A stretch of 64,000 bases of DNA from Cycas panzhihuaensis (GCA_023213395.1 CM041465.1:175157741-175221740); one strand, 5' to 3'; positions 21,875 through 36,538 are shown, numbered from the stretch's first letter. Numbers and translations are program-made. The notes: generated from the sequence alone by a model not told the origin.

Positions 21875-24800
21875 GCCATCGATTAAACATTAATCTCTAA
21901 CACTCCTCCATAATGTTTAATCTAATTTTGTCTTGTCACATCACCAGACTTTGTCTTCATCTCTAAGCTACTTCACATGTACTTCCTTTTGTGCTTGTTG
22001 CTCTTCTCCAATTCCTACAAAGAAACCTATCTTCACCTTGCTTGAACTAACCATTGCTATCCTCGAGTGATCTAATGTAATTCCTACTACCATCCACATA
22101 GAATATCCCAATTATGAACTTATTGTATGATTTCAATTAATAAAACTAAATGCAAGGTCCAAATGAAGCACTTAACCAACTATAATAAATAGAAATGTAT
22201 TCATTATCAATATGATATTTTTCATGTGTATTTCTTATAAATAAAGTTTTCGCATAAGCACTTGTCTATCAAAATTAATATTTTAACAATTTCAAATGAA
22301 AATATATTTGAAAATTTTCAAGAAGTAAACTCATAAAAAATCCCTTCACCACTTCTATCAAATTCAACCTTAAAAAACTGTCCAAAATCAAAACCCAATA
22401 TAGGCTTGCAGCCACTCATTTTGAAGGCATCAAAGCAAGCTTTCCAATGCATTTGAGATTCTAAAATCGAATATCATATAGAAAAGTTATGGCAAAAGCA
22501 ATCTAGGGGGTATGAAAAACTAGCATTAGGCCTATTAATTGGGTGTTTAGCACTTTCTTGTTTAGCTCTTGGGCTTTATTTTAAACATGTGAGGGGGCTA
22601 AGGAAGACTTCAAACTTTTATTCAATTTAATATAATTTAATCCAACCTTTGTAAAAAATAATTTGTCATTTGATTTTTTTATGTTTGTGCATTGTTTTGG
22701 CATTGGCCTGTGATTTTAGGAGGGAAGAGTCACCCGAAATGAAGAGTAGTTGGTCTTCATCTAATGCTACAAGTTATGTGGGCTTCATAACTACCTTCCA
22801 TCTTTCTACTCTGCCTTACACCCATAACAAGTTCCCATGTTGTTTCTCTTAGCGTGTCTCCACAACATTAATGTTTAGAAGCTACTCTCCATGGCTTCTT
22901 CCTCTAATCTGCAAGGGTTTGGCCTCCTTTGCCGTCTCCCATTCCTCAGATCTTCCATAGAGAGTAACCTACAACTCTTCACAACTAGGGCATCTACCTC
23001 AAATCTACTTCATGGATTTGGGGATTCAGTGTTTGACTCTCAATAAGCACTAAGCTCCTCTGAGTTTTACATCTTTACATCTACCCATCGCCTTAACAGT
23101 CTGTGTTCAAATTTATGCTCTACAGTTCCTTTTGTGGGCTCCACTATCACTTTTTTGAATTCAGCTTCACTCTGACAACAAATCCCAAACACGAGACACT
23201 CGCAAAGGCCTCCAGAGATAAGCCACAGTTCTCCACAGATCTATGAGGGTTTCTGCAACTCTCTTTTCACAAGTTTTCAAACTTTCAATTGAAGATCTCC
23301 ACTTGCCTTCAATATATCCTCTATTATTTTCATTCCTAACATTTGTCTTCTTTATTCTTTAACAAATAGGCATGAATGTTCTAGGGTTTTAGGGATTCTA
23401 CTTCATCACTTACTATTGTTGTTGTAGCTATATTCAACATCTCCAACATTCAAATTAATTGAACTACCATCAACTCAACAACAATCTACCTCATAGGCAC
23501 CTTTGAGTTTACTTTGTGGACTCCATTCAACCGTTAACTACCCACAAATTATCACCATCGCAAGGTGATCAAGCCTGCATCCACGATCTTCACATGTGAA
23601 CTAGCAACACTCACTTCCCAACTAACACAAGGTACACCTCATCAATCATAGGTCACCATGACCTCATTCATGTCCATATCACAACCTCTACATCATGTGA
23701 GACTCAATCCATCCATATGTTCTATATTTCCTCCAGCATAAAAAAGTAAAAAATAAAACTAAAAATAATTAAAACTAGTGCAAAATGTTAACAATCTATA
23801 AGCGCCGATAGGCATTTGCATATTAAACAAAGACATGAAACGAGATGCAAAGACATGAGGTTGCAATTCGCCTACGGAACAACGAAGCGCAAACCTACAC
23901 ACTTGCATAGAAGAGGAACGAATCCAACATCGGATTTCACAAATGTTGAAACGGAGCTTAAGACGAACGCAGGCACACTCGTGTAGAGAAGGAACAAACA
24001 CCGCAACGGGTCTCATAAATGCAGATATGGAGTTAATTGCAACTATAGACTGCCAACAATGACTTTTGCAATGCAACGTGTACATTGCATTGTGTAAACT
24101 GCTAACGAACTTTCGAAATTCGAATAATCGATAATTTTTTTTTTTGCGAGTATTTCTAGGAGTAAATGAGAGGGTTGAGTGACCACTCCCCGACGAAGTG
24201 CCCTAAGGGCACTTATCAGTGCAATTATGGACCAAGCTTAAAAACTCCTACATGCAATATTTTTAGGTGCACCACATGCATAAATATAGTCCACTCACAA
24301 AATAATAAGAACAATCTCAACGTAAATTCCAAATCCCAACTTTACAAATCGCCTAATCCATACTCCTCTATCATATTAGGCATAACTTCTGCAAATAGGT
24401 TTCAACAAACAAAATTAATATCTACAAGATAAAATCCTTCAAGCAAACAAAATTAATATATCTACAAGATACTTCCAACACGATTCTGACATATTAAAGC
24501 ATGGACTCTTCATAGCCTCCCAAAGATCAAATCATGAAGCTTTGATTCCATGTTAGAAAATTACATAAGTGCTCAAATATCATATTAAAAATATTATATT
24601 AAAATCTATGAAATTATGATTAAAAAAGATGAAATATGCACCAATGTAAAATATAAAAGAAATGGGGAAGAATGATTACTCTTCATCTATTGCATTAGAC
24701 AAGGTACGCAATTATAGATACAGTTCACCACATTGAGATCAAATGATGTTGGATAACCTTTAAGATAACCTATGAGAATACATGAATGTGCGAGCTCTAA

Positions 24801-24934
24801 ACACATTTTAATAATGCTCACAAATAAATATCTACACAAGTGTGCACATCTTTAAGATGACTATGCACAACATTTGTAGGATAACTATTACAATAATCAT
24901 GGATTGACCATCAATTAAGCATTATACTCCAACA
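21875..24934 (-). mobile_element. Non-autonomous (LARD/TRIM-like) copia-type element with 2.6-kb non-coding interior; 3' LTR interrupted by the large-LTR gypsy
   Basis: 5' LTR 24551-24934 next to reverse PBS GCTTTGATTCCA (24539-24550). Its end CCATCAATTAAGCATTATACTCCAACA matches the 28-bp stub at 21875-21902, followed by reverse PPT CTCCTCCAT. No retroviral domain recognised inside. Confidence 0.7.
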
Positions 24935-24988
24935 ATTGTTGTATGTGAACTAATGGATTTGGTAATTACATTTTGTGAAGCTTCGATT

Positions 24989-27900
24989 TGTTAGGTCTTT
25001 ATGTTTAAACGTTAAGTATTATACTTTATATCATAATGTTATGTACTTTATGTAAGGGTGCTTTACCACCTAATGTGATAAAGTACACACCCACATTCTT
25101 TTTAGTAAGCACAAGTTGTGATTTGAGGGTCAATGTACCCCTCATGCACTTTTGCACATGTGAATGTACATGGGTCAAGGCATTCATGTTTGACAAGTGT
25201 AAAACATGCAACCCCCTAAGGTTCCTCCTTCTCCTCTATATATTGGAACCGTTTCTCATGTAGAGCATAGTGAGTGTGAGGTATTGTACTGTTATGCTGC
25301 TCATTTGAATACAAGCTAATCTTGTTTATTGGAGATAAGAACAATTCTTACTCCTCCATTTCTTTTGTCTTCATGTACTTGAGTTTATGCTTGCTTAGTT
25401 GCTTATCTTCATAGTGTTAATCATCTTGATCTCTTAGCACACTGCCTCTCCAAAAGATCCTAGGCTATTTTCCTTCATCATTTCATGTTAAAGTTGAAGG
25501 CTCAACTCAATATTTAGTATCAGAGCAGATTGGAGAGGAGCACTCGTTGTTTCTAGGCTTGAGGAAATGACACCAAACCCTTGGTGACAACCTTTGCTCT
25601 TCAAAGGTGATCCAAGGCCAGATTTGGCATTGTTTTCTGGTTTGGTTCATTATTTCAAAGAGTTGCAAACTGAAAATTAATAAATTTAATTTTCTGGAAA
25701 ACTTTTTGAGCTCAATGTGTATTTGTAGCATAGACATAAATATCACTGGTTTTCTCTATTATTTTGCATCAATAAATTATTTTTGTAGGGTTATTTCTCA
25801 TAGAAACTGCAAGATCACTCTCTGTTGGCCATAAAATTACTACACCCTATGCATCTCAGTCAGATTTTACACGTAGTTAACTCCTCATACCATTGGGTGG
25901 ATTTATCATTGTTTTAAGTGATTTTTCAAAAAAAAGTACAGTTTTTTCTTGTATTTGCTTGTAGAAAGGGTGTTGACTCATCTTGAGTCTCTTTGCATGT
26001 AATTTTGCCTTAGTTGCACCATCCTCAATCAGTAAATCTCACTCAAAGCGATTTTCGAACAACCAGCAATCAATATTACTCCTCACGAGCGTGTGCCCCT
26101 TAGTCGACCTCCTCTGCTCAGAACTCACTCCACAGTGAACGAAACGAGCCAAGATTTGAGATACATCTTTCTTTGCCCCAGAATGAACTTCCCCTAAAGT
26201 TTCACAAAGAATGAATGCTTGTACAAAGAGATTGATCGATCTGAGTGTCACAGATTTGCATACGTTGCCAAAATACGATTTTGGTGAAATTTTTTCTTTT
26301 TTTAACTATTGGTAATAAACTTTATGTTATATCTTTTGACATATTCTATGGAATATTCTCCTTTTAATCGAAGTTTATTTCTTAAAGTTCACTTTTCAGT
26401 GATTTCTCATCATATTTCATTGTATTTTAAGCGAAAACTTCACCCTTTTATGTTTTTGAGTTAACACGTAACAAAATTTGCAAAAGGTACAACCTAGACT
26501 GCGACCAAGTACAACTTGGAGTGTGACCAAGTCACAATTTGGTGACACAAGTGACTAAAAAACTAGTGATTTAAGTCATTTTTGTACTTTCTAATAAAGA
26601 ATTCACATTGTACAAGTGAATTTTAAGGCTCCATGCGAGTTGTCCTCTTAGTCTTTATCATAAAAAGGACTAAAAGTCGCTCTTTTTTACTTATTTTAGT
26701 GTGGTTTAACATTGTCTTGGTGTCGTGATTACTTGGCATGTGATTAAATTTGGCATTAAGTGGTTTTTTTTTGCACTTAAAAACGAACCCACTTCAAGCA
26801 CTACAAGCAACCATCATTTCTTCATTTGGCACTTTGTACTTTTTCAAATTTTAAAGTGCTCTTTGTACAACACTTAGAGTGTTATTTCAAGCACTTAAGC
26901 AGCTTTCTTTAAAGCATTTTATATCAAGTCTTTCAAGCACTTATAAAGCAACACCATCATCTTCTTAAGAAATTTATTTTTAGTCAACTTAAACCCTTAA
27001 AAAATTGCTTTAAATATTTGTTAGAGAACTCGAAAAAGGTTAAAACCTTACCTCTATATCTCAAGCTTGGTGCATTTCCTAGGAGACCAACTGATCATAC
27101 GGTCAGTGCATGTCAATTGAGATCATTTAAAGGAAAGGAGGTTCAAAAAGGGTGCTATTGGAGCTATGAACTCCAGGGAAAGCATGGTATGTCCGTGCAA
27201 ATCAACCCTACCTCGCTTTCTTTAAACTTGATCTTGGCCAACTTCCTTGTAAGATCAGGGCTCTTGGTGTGTTTGTGGGTGGAACTTAAATGGCGAAAGC
27301 CTCGAGTCTCCAAGTCATTTTTTAGCTACAACAACATTTATTTTAAACAACTTTAATATAATGGCAACCATTAACACGCTCATTGCAACCCACATTAAGT
27401 TAACTGGACGAGATAACTTTTAGGATTGGAAAAAACAATGAAAAAAATTGTTTATTATGAATGAATTATGCACTTATTCATCTAGAAAAATTCTCAAACT
27501 TGTTTCTATTGAAAGCCCAACTGATAGAAATGTAATCATTCATCCCGATCCTGCTTTGGTTGATGCTTCGGAAGTTAAGGATGAAATTGCTATAACATTT
27601 ATTCATATAACTATTGATCAAAATATTGTAACTTCTTCTACTTCTAAACAAGCTTGGGATACTTTGATTACTTTGTATGAAAGCCGAGATGATGTTTACA
27701 TTGTAATGAATAAAGCAAAATTGTTTATTTTGAGATTTGTTGAGCCTATAACTGTTTTCTTGTCATTAATCAAAGGAATCAACAACGAGTTGACTACATT
27801 AGGTAAACTGGCTCCCAATGAAGACCTTGTCACTGCCACAATTCATGCATTGCCAAGGGAGTACAATGGCTTCATTTCTTCAGTGACACAAAGAGACACA

Positions 27901-30900
27901 CTTAGCACCATGACTTTCAATCAACTTGAAAGTTTTCTACTACGAGAGGAGCATATCTACTCTCGTCAGGGTGAGACATCTACTTCATGAGCATTGACAG
28001 CCAAGTATAAGGGCAAACAAACTCTCAAACCAAACTTCAACAAACAATTTGGGAATCTGAATATTGACACGTCAAAAGCCAATAACATTGTTTGCCATTA
28101 TTGTGGCAAAAAGGACCACATTCAACTAGAGTGTCGAAAGTGACAGTTCAACATGTTGCAGCAGCATCAACATCAACCACAACAACAATAATAGAGACCA
28201 CAACAACAGCCCCCTCATAGACCAAATTGAGGCAGATTTCTAGGTCACAAAGGAAGGAGGGCATTTAGAGGTAGCAATCAACACCACACTAATAAATTTG
28301 CCAATGAAGAAGACAAATTGTTTTGTGCTTATCACACCACAAACAATGATAGCACTTGGATTATTGATTCAAGAGCATCCCATTATATGACTGGTGACGA
28401 GGATTTGCTATATGATGTTAAAGAAGGCAAAGGGTAAACAGTCACCTTTGGCAACAATGAGACTATACAAATATCTAAAGTGGGCAAAATTGCCTCTTTC
28501 TGGTCACTAAATCGTCATACCTCCACATTTCTTATAGTTGATGCTTATTTGGTTCCATCAATGCACAAAAGCCTATTATCTGTTAGCCAATTGGATAGAC
28601 AACAGATGAGTGTTTTGCTTAAAGGTGGGAAATGCACAATCAGTGACAAGAATGATCAAGTGGTTGCCATTGGTCATGAAGACCATGGACTTCACAATTT
28701 GGATACTTCAAATATTACACTTGATACTTCACTAACATATGTTTTTCAATCACTGGCCAAAAAACAACTTTGGCACAATAGGCTATGCCACTTGAGCCTA
28801 GAAAACATCAAAATAATGTTTAGTAAAAGCATAGTATATAGCCTTCCAAAGATTTTAGCATCTAAATGCCTTTGTGAAGCTTGTATTATGGAAAAACAAC
28901 ATCAAGAGCCTTTTCTTAAGGGCAAATCATAGCATGAATCTCAACCATTACAACTAGTACATACTGATTTATGTGGACCTATATCCAGACCATCTCTTGG
29001 AGGAGCACACTATTATATCACTTTCATTGATGATTTTTCACACAAAGTTTGGGTTGACTTCATCAAACACAAATCTGAGACATTGAAAAAATTTCAACAA
29101 TTCAAACTTGCTGTGGAAAAAGAAGCAAATATGCCCATCAAAATACTGTGATCTAACAATAGAAGTGAATTTACCTCAAGAGAGTTCAAACAATTTTGCA
29201 TTCATGGGATCAGAAAACAACTCATTGCTCCATACACACCTCAACAAAATGAAGTAGCTGAGAGGATGAATAGGACTTTGGCAAACAAAGCCAAAGCCAT
29301 GATACATGCAAAGGGGCTTTCACTTTCTTATTGGGCAAAAACATTCCATACAACAACTTATGTCACCAATAGGAGCCCTACTACAACAGTCATCGATATG
29401 ACACCAAAGGAGGCTTAGTTTGACAAAAAGCCAACTGTTAACCATTTGCATAATTTTGGGTGCACTACGTATATGCACATTCCTCAACAGCAAAGGAAGA
29501 AATTAGACGATAAAAGTCTAAAATGCATTTTCATTGGTCACTCTATTAGCAGCAAAACATATAGAGCATATGATCCCACTTCCACGAAAATGCATATATC
29601 ACGACACATAATATTTGCTAAGAATAATGAGGAGATGGAACAAGCATCCATCGATCTACCTATTGATAAAGGCAAATAGATTGTAGAGGACATCCTTCCC
29701 TCTCAATCTTCAACACCATGTTCTTCATATGCTCCTTTCACTTCTTCATCAACATCTGCTCCATCTTCATCAACAACACCTCTTGACCCTAGTAGCCCTT
29801 CTATGGACTAGCCACTTTAGGCCCAAGATATGGAGTTTATTGCTTTAGCACCAAAGAAGTTACCCAAATGGTATACTCAAACAGTATAGGACAATCAAGT
29901 CATACAAGGAAAACGTTCATCCAAAATTAATTAATTATGCACTTACGACTAACGTACTTTGTATTGATAAGCCTTTCACTTTTGAGAAGGCTGGTAAAAA
30001 TGAAAAGTGGAAAGCTACCATGGAAAAGCATTATATTGCAAAGAATGGAACTTTGGATTTGGTAAAATTGACTAACAAAAAATAGGCAAATAACTGCAAA
30101 AGAAGACACAAAACCAAATTTCGATCTAATGGTTTTATCGAGCGACACAAGACTCAACCAATGGCCAAAAGATTCAAACAAAAAGAAGGCATTAACTATG
30201 GAGCAACCTTTGCACTTGGGACAAATATGAACACCATCAAACCAAAATTGATCCATTGCACAATGCAAGTGGCCAATCCATCAAATGGACACGATGAACA
30301 CCTTTCTAAACGACGACCTTGTAGTGGAGGAATGTTTGGAGCGACCTCCTGGTTAGTGTAATTTATTGGAAGTAAAACTCAACATTGTAAACATTAAGGG
30401 GGAGTGTTAGACTTTTATGTTTAAATGTTAAGTATTGTATTTTATATTGTAACGTTATGTACTTTATGTAAGGGTGCTTTACCGCCTAATGTAATAAAGT
30501 ACATACCCACATTCTTTCTTGTGAGCACAAGTTGTGACTTGAGGGTCATTGTACCCCTCATGCACTTTTGCACATGTGAGTGCACATGGGTCAAGGCGTG
30601 CATGTTTGATAAGTGTCAAACATGCAGCCCCTAGGGTTCCTCCTCCTCTATATATTGGGACAATTTCTCATGTAGAGCATAATGAGCGTGAGGTATTCTA
30701 TTGTTATGTTTCTCATTTGAATACAAGCTAATCTTGTTTATTAGAGATAAGAACAATTTCTACTCCTCCATTTCTTTTGTCTTCATGTGTTTGAGCTTAT
30801 GCTTCCTTAGTTGCTTATCTTCATAGTGCTATTGATGTGATGTTAATCATCTTGAACTCTTAGTACACTCCCTCTCCAAAAGATCCTACGTTGTTTTCCT

Positions 30901-30938
30901 TCATCATTGCATGTTAGAGTTGAATGCTCAACTCAACA
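24989..30938 (+). mobile_element. Ty1/copia element related to 6796-14195, with deletion of most of RT and all of RNase H
   Basis: LTRs 24989-25512 and 30405-30938. TSD CGATT/AGATT. PBS TAGTATCAGAGC at 25515-25526; PPT AAGGGGGAG at 30396-30404. Confidence 0.93.
27361..30360 (+). pseudogene. gag-pol: Copia gag-PR-INT and N-terminal RT, many stops
   Basis: Gag homologous to 10530-11351. CHYCGKKDHIQLEC knuckle; WIIDSRAS protease; HTDLCGP..FIDDFS..TPQQNE integrase. RT ends near EEC.ERPPG. Confidence 0.9.
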
Positions 30939-31192
30939 AGATTTTAGCTAGAAAGAATACATAAGACTTTTATATTGTTCATTTGCATGGGTTGTAAGAT
31001 GCCTATTCATAACAACTGCAATTTAGCATCACATCACATTGTGGATTTTGAAAGCCATTGTTTATAACATCATTGTGCTACACACATTGTTTATCATTTC
31101 ATCACTAATTAGTGTCATTCATCATGTACTAATGTCATTTATTTCCATATATCATGGAAAAATTACAACATGTTTAAATACAACATGAAACC

Positions 31193-34100
31193 CACAAACA
31201 ATAGTTGAGTGCAAGCAACAAGAAAATGACATAGATATCTATGGTATAATTGGTCTACTGGTAAAGAATGATTGATATTCACCTTGCATAAAAATGAGAG
31301 TACACCATACACACACATATATATAATATTACACTTGTGCATGCTGGACACTTGCCAATCATGCGAAAAGCATTAACTAACCCACATAAAGAATTAGAAC
31401 TTACAACATTAAATGTTGACCTTAATAGTACAATAAAGTATATTATAATGAAGCGGACATTAAATCTAACATTCCCCCCCTCATTGTTTACTTCATTAGT
31501 TCTTATTCTAGGGCCTTTTCTAAACTTTTTGAACATATCTCTTCCCACTGGTTTGGTGAAGATATCAACCACCTACTCCTCTATTGGTCTATGGACTGGC
31601 TCAATTTCTCCATTCTAGAGATATTCCTTGATGAAGTAGTAATGTACTTCTAGGTGTTCGTACAAAAATGAAATGCAAGGTTCTTGCTATCTTTAAAGTG
31701 CTTTCGTTATCACTATATATCTTTGTAGCATCTTCTTGATGAAGTCCCAAGTCGTTAAAAATTCTTCTTAACCAAATGGCTCCACATGCTACTCCAACTA
31801 CAACTTTGTACTCTACTTTAGTTGATGAGAGAGCAAGAGTGTGTTGTTTTTTACTGTTCCAAGTCATTGTTGATGAACCAAGATTAAAGCAATATCTAGA
31901 AGTGAGTCTTCTGCTTTCACAACATCTCACCCAGTCTAGATCAGAGAATCCTTCCAACCCAACTTTGTTATTGCGAAAGAGCTCTAATCCATAGATACTT
32001 CAAAAGTCTTCTAGCAACCATCTAGTGACTTGGTTGGTTCTATCATGAACCTGGATATTATTCCAACCGAGTAGGAAATATCAGGCTTGGTTGTAGTAAG
32101 ATACATCAAACTATCAACTAGATGTTTATATAGAGTACTATTTACATCTTTACCCTCATCCTGGGCTGACAATTTTGCCCCTATTTCTATTGGAGTCAAT
32201 GCAAGCTTGCAATCTTCCATTCTAATCTTTTTAAAGATTTCCTTTGTATACTTAGCATAGGAAACGAATATCCTACTAGGTTTCTACGAACTTCTACTCC
32301 AAGGTAGTAATGGAGTAGTCTAAGATCTGACATCTCAGAGTTGTATTTTAGATCATTTTTTAGTTGTTCTATCATAATGGTGTCATTTCCAATGATGATT
32401 AGACCATCAACATACAAAATTACTAGTGTTACAAGCTAATCATCTTGAATTTTTATCTATAAATTTGAATTTGTAGAGGATTTTCCAAAGCCATTCTTGA
32501 AATTTTGATTGTCAAATCTTGGCATACTAGGCTTTGGGTGCTTGCCTTAGGCCATATAATGCCTTTTTAATGCGACATACAAAAGTTTTTTTTCTTTTTC
32601 TAAAAATCCAAGCGGTTTCCCTATGTAGACATCTTTTGTTAGATCACCATTAAGAAATTCACTTTTTACATCAAGTTGGCGTAGTTGCCACTTGAATTGT
32701 GCACCTAATGAAAGTATGATTCTTATAGTCGTCATCTTTGCTACAAGGACAAAAGTTTCATGATAAACAACTCCATGTTGTTTGAAGCCTTTGGCCACCA
32801 ACCTAACCTTATGTTTGTCGATCCAACCATCATATCTGAATTTGGTTTTAGATAAATATTTGTAGCCAATTACTTTCTTGCCTTTTAGTAGCTTTACCAA
32901 GCCCCAAGATTTATTTTTGTCTAATCCTTGAATTTCTTCATTCATAGTGTCTTTCCACTTTTTATCTTGACTTACCTCATGGAAGGTTTTTCTGTATTGA
33001 ATACTTGTGACATGACAATGTAATTGACTTCTTCTGTAGGTCTCAAGCTAAACTTCCTTTTCCTTTCTATTTCAGGCAATTGTGCATTGGCAATAGTTTG
33101 TTTATAACAATTGGGCAGTTTTTTTATAGAGGGATGCTTTCAGCCTAGGGATCTTCCTCATCTTCATTAATATTAGTAGATAGTGTACTAATTGGTTGAG
33201 ATTGGAGGTTTTGAAGAACCTTCTTCAAAGATGACAACCTCAGTTGTTTGGACCTTTTTTTATTTCGACTCATACACTCAATAAGCTTTGTTTACCTCAC
33301 TACACCTAATGAAAATGCATTTGAACCTTTTATCCTCAAATCTCTAGCGTTTTTCCTTTAGAATGTGCATATATGCTATGCAACCAAAGGTTTTGAGATG
33401 GTTTACTGTAGCTTTTCTTCTAGACCATTCCTCCTCAAGTAGCAAAACTCATGTTTATTAAATAGGTTGTTGTGTTTACAACTTTTGCCCAAAAAGTTGT
33501 ACACAAGCCTTTGCCTTTCATCATTGCTTTAGGTTCCTCTACCAAGGTCCCTTTTGCAACTCCATTTTGTTCTAATATATGTGGGGCTATGAATTGTCTT
33601 TTAATTCCATGGCTCTTGCAGTATTGTTCGAAGTCTTTAGAAGTGTCTTCTCCCCCATTGTTTGATTTCAAAGTTCTTAGCTTCTTTTCGCTTTTGTTCT
33701 AAGCTACTTCTTTGAACTCCTTAAATATATCAAAGTTTTGAGATTCGTCCTTGATGAAGTATACCTAGGTTTTCTTTGAAAAGTCATTTGTGAAAGAAAA
33801 TATATTACACCTCCATTTGATATTGTGGGTGTTAAGTCACATTAATCAATATGTACTAAGGCTAATCTTTTTTGTTGCTCTCTAGGCCTTTCTTTTTTTA
33901 AATTTCTCCCCTTGTTGTTTACCCATAATACACCCTTCACATAAGCATTTATCAATAGTTATGTTTGGAATGCTATGAATGACGATTATTCTATACATTA
34001 ATTTGAGACAAAGGTAGTTCAAATGGCCCATTCTATTGTGCCATAACTGGTCTTTTTGGGCTACACTAGCAGTAAGAGCTTTCAAATCTTCTAATTTTGC

Positions 34101-36538
34101 TTGCATCTTATAGAGACCATCTTCTTTAGTATCAAATACAACAATCTTTTTGCTTCTATATTTAATTAGGCATTGCTCATTTTCAAAAAGGTCACTAGTT
34201 TTTTTTTTTTCAACCTAGCTTATAGAGATCATAATTCTATTTAAGCCAGGTACATACAGTACATTGCTAATATATTTATCATCATTTATTGTGACATCAC
34301 CTACACCTTTGACTAGAAGAGTTGTGTCATCTTCGAGTGTGACATTGTCCCCTTTTGTTTGTTTATCATGTGATAAGTGGCTCTTGAGTTAATGTACCAG
34401 GTCTCTTTAGTGCTATGTTGAGATTAAAGGGCTACAACAAAGAGTTGTTTGTCTTGTGTGTCCTGCGTATCTACAAAATGTCTTGATTGCCTCCTCCTTC
34501 GTTGGTCGTATTGTAGTTTGTCGTAGTTTCTTTTGGCGTGCCCAAGTTTCTTGCAATAGTAACATTCTCTTGGCTTGCTTTGTCCTCGAATGATCAGAGA
34601 GTTGTCATATTAAATGCTCAATTCCTCCATCCTTCTTAAAAGCAAAGCCTTATCTTTGCCTTTGTATCTAGCTATATATGCTTCAAAAGTTTCTCCATCT
34701 TTATTGTTCTTCAGTAGTTCACATTGTAACAACAAAGCTTCAAGTTCATTAGAAGTCATGTTTCCTATTTTTCTAGGCATGGTTAGGCTAGTGGCAAAAT
34801 TTCATTTGATTTGGGTAAACTTTTAAGGGTGGAGGCAATCAATTTTTTATTGGTAACTATTTCATTAATGGTGCTAAGCTGATTTTTAATTCCTTTTATT
34901 TGTTGTACACTGTCACATGTAATGTCTTCTAGCTTTAAGATGTATAATTAGTTCCTTAGCTTGAAGTCTCTAGCATCATTTTTGTGTTCACAAATGGTTG
35001 CAATCAGGTCCCATGCTTCTTTAATTGTTGTGGCATCCTAAACATTTTCAATTAAGTTTCCTCCTATTCACAAATTAACTAGTGCAAGTGTAATCTTGTC
35101 TTTGGCATCCTATTCTACCTTAGTTGTTTGATTTAAAGCATGTCTTTTGGTAGTGTTGTCAATCTAGCTCCAAAAGCCATTTAGCATTAATAAATTTTTT
35201 ATTTGATGCTTCCATGTCCCATAGTTCTTTGTGTCTTATTTTTCAATGAGCACATTGAGTAAGTTGCTAGCCATTTTATGTAATCAAGTGAATTACTCAA
35301 CAAGTAAGGTTGATCTACAGGGCATACCATGCTTTCCCCATGGGTCATAGCTCTAATAATACCTTGGTCTTTAAGCCAAATTCGTTTTTAACTAGGCAAA
35401 GTTGATCTATAGACTATACGTTGATCTCCTCAAAGATCACAACTCTAAAAATACCTTGTTTTTCCTAGGTGAATTTTTAGAAAATTTTAATAGATCAATT
35501 TTGTGATGATTTACAAAATAAAATAACTTCTTGTAGTGGCTAAAATAATTTTCATTGTGCAATGTTGTTATGCGTCTTTAAAGATTAAAAATAGCAAAAG
35601 AATCAAACAACACACCATGATAGGCCAAAAAACTAGCCCAAACACCACAATAGATGAACTTTATTATTGTTTGAGTATGGAAAATTCTAATCTATACAGT
35701 TCCATATGGTTGTACAAATTTAGGCTACAAAACCTTAGAGGATGAAATGGTACTCAGAATGTGCATCTTTTAGGTGCCATTCTAGATCTACAAATGAATT
35801 TTGATTTCAAGTTTTATGGACAAAGTTATAGCCAAACAAAAGTATGGCCAACAACTAGGGTTTTCTACTTTTTTTGCCTGTTTCACAACACACAGGCATG
35901 AAAAGTAATTAAATCTAGTATCAAATGAAAGCTTTTGACAAGATTTATATTTTCCTAAAATCTCAACTCCCAATTCAACTTGTACAATTTGTAGTGAATA
36001 GAGGAAAAATTTTGGCCATGCCCTTGATTTGAGTACCTTTTCTTGATATTTTTGCGAAAAAATCACGAAATTTTATGAGAGAGATCGTACACTTGAGAGC
36101 TTCAACTTGACACGCTGTCCTAATTTTTTACTATAGCGGGTACATAGAACTTAAACAAGAGCTTGCTTTCACTTGAATTGTCTTCATTTTGCAAAATTTG
36201 TCACCAAGAACACTTGCACTCCAAAATAAAATTCAAAGAGAGAACCAAGCTCTACTACCAAATGTAAACAATAGCTAAGCATAAGCAACAAGAAAATGAC
36301 ATAAATATCTGTGGTAAAATTAGCCCACCAACAAAGAACAATTGATACTCACCTTGTATAAGAATGAAAGTGCCCCATACAAATATATATACAAGCTTAC
36401 GCTTGTGCATGCTAGACACTTGTCAATCATGCAAGAAGTGTTAATTAACCCACATAAAGTATCAGAACCGACAACATTAAGTGTTGACCATAAAGTACAA
36501 TAAGGCGTATTATAATGGAGCGAACATTAAGCTCTGCA
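31193..36538 (-). mobile_element. Old Ty1/copia element with ~277-bp LTRs
   Basis: LTRs ~31193-31471 and 36263-36538 (visibly diverged). Reverse PBS GCTCTACTACCA at 36249-36260; reverse PPT TTCCCCCCCTC at 31472-31482. No clean TSD. Confidence 0.88.
31500..35274 (-). pseudogene. gag-pol: Copia gag-pol remnant
   Basis: Gag ATG at 35274 (MASNLLNV..NYGTWKHQIKNLL). LWHNRMGH..CEGC (33882-34106); SNNGGE..EQNGVA (33435-33671); RT QLDVKSEFLNG and YVDGLII; RNase H FSDLDW. Confidence 0.9.

Noticed and set aside
27160-27213. Hammerhead ribozyme, group II intron domain V or SRP helix 8 in the leader module
   Set aside because: CTATGA..GAAA resembles the hammerhead core but CUGANGA and the UH cleavage site are missing. 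The domain V and SRP pairings do not fit by eye. Left as an unclassified structure.
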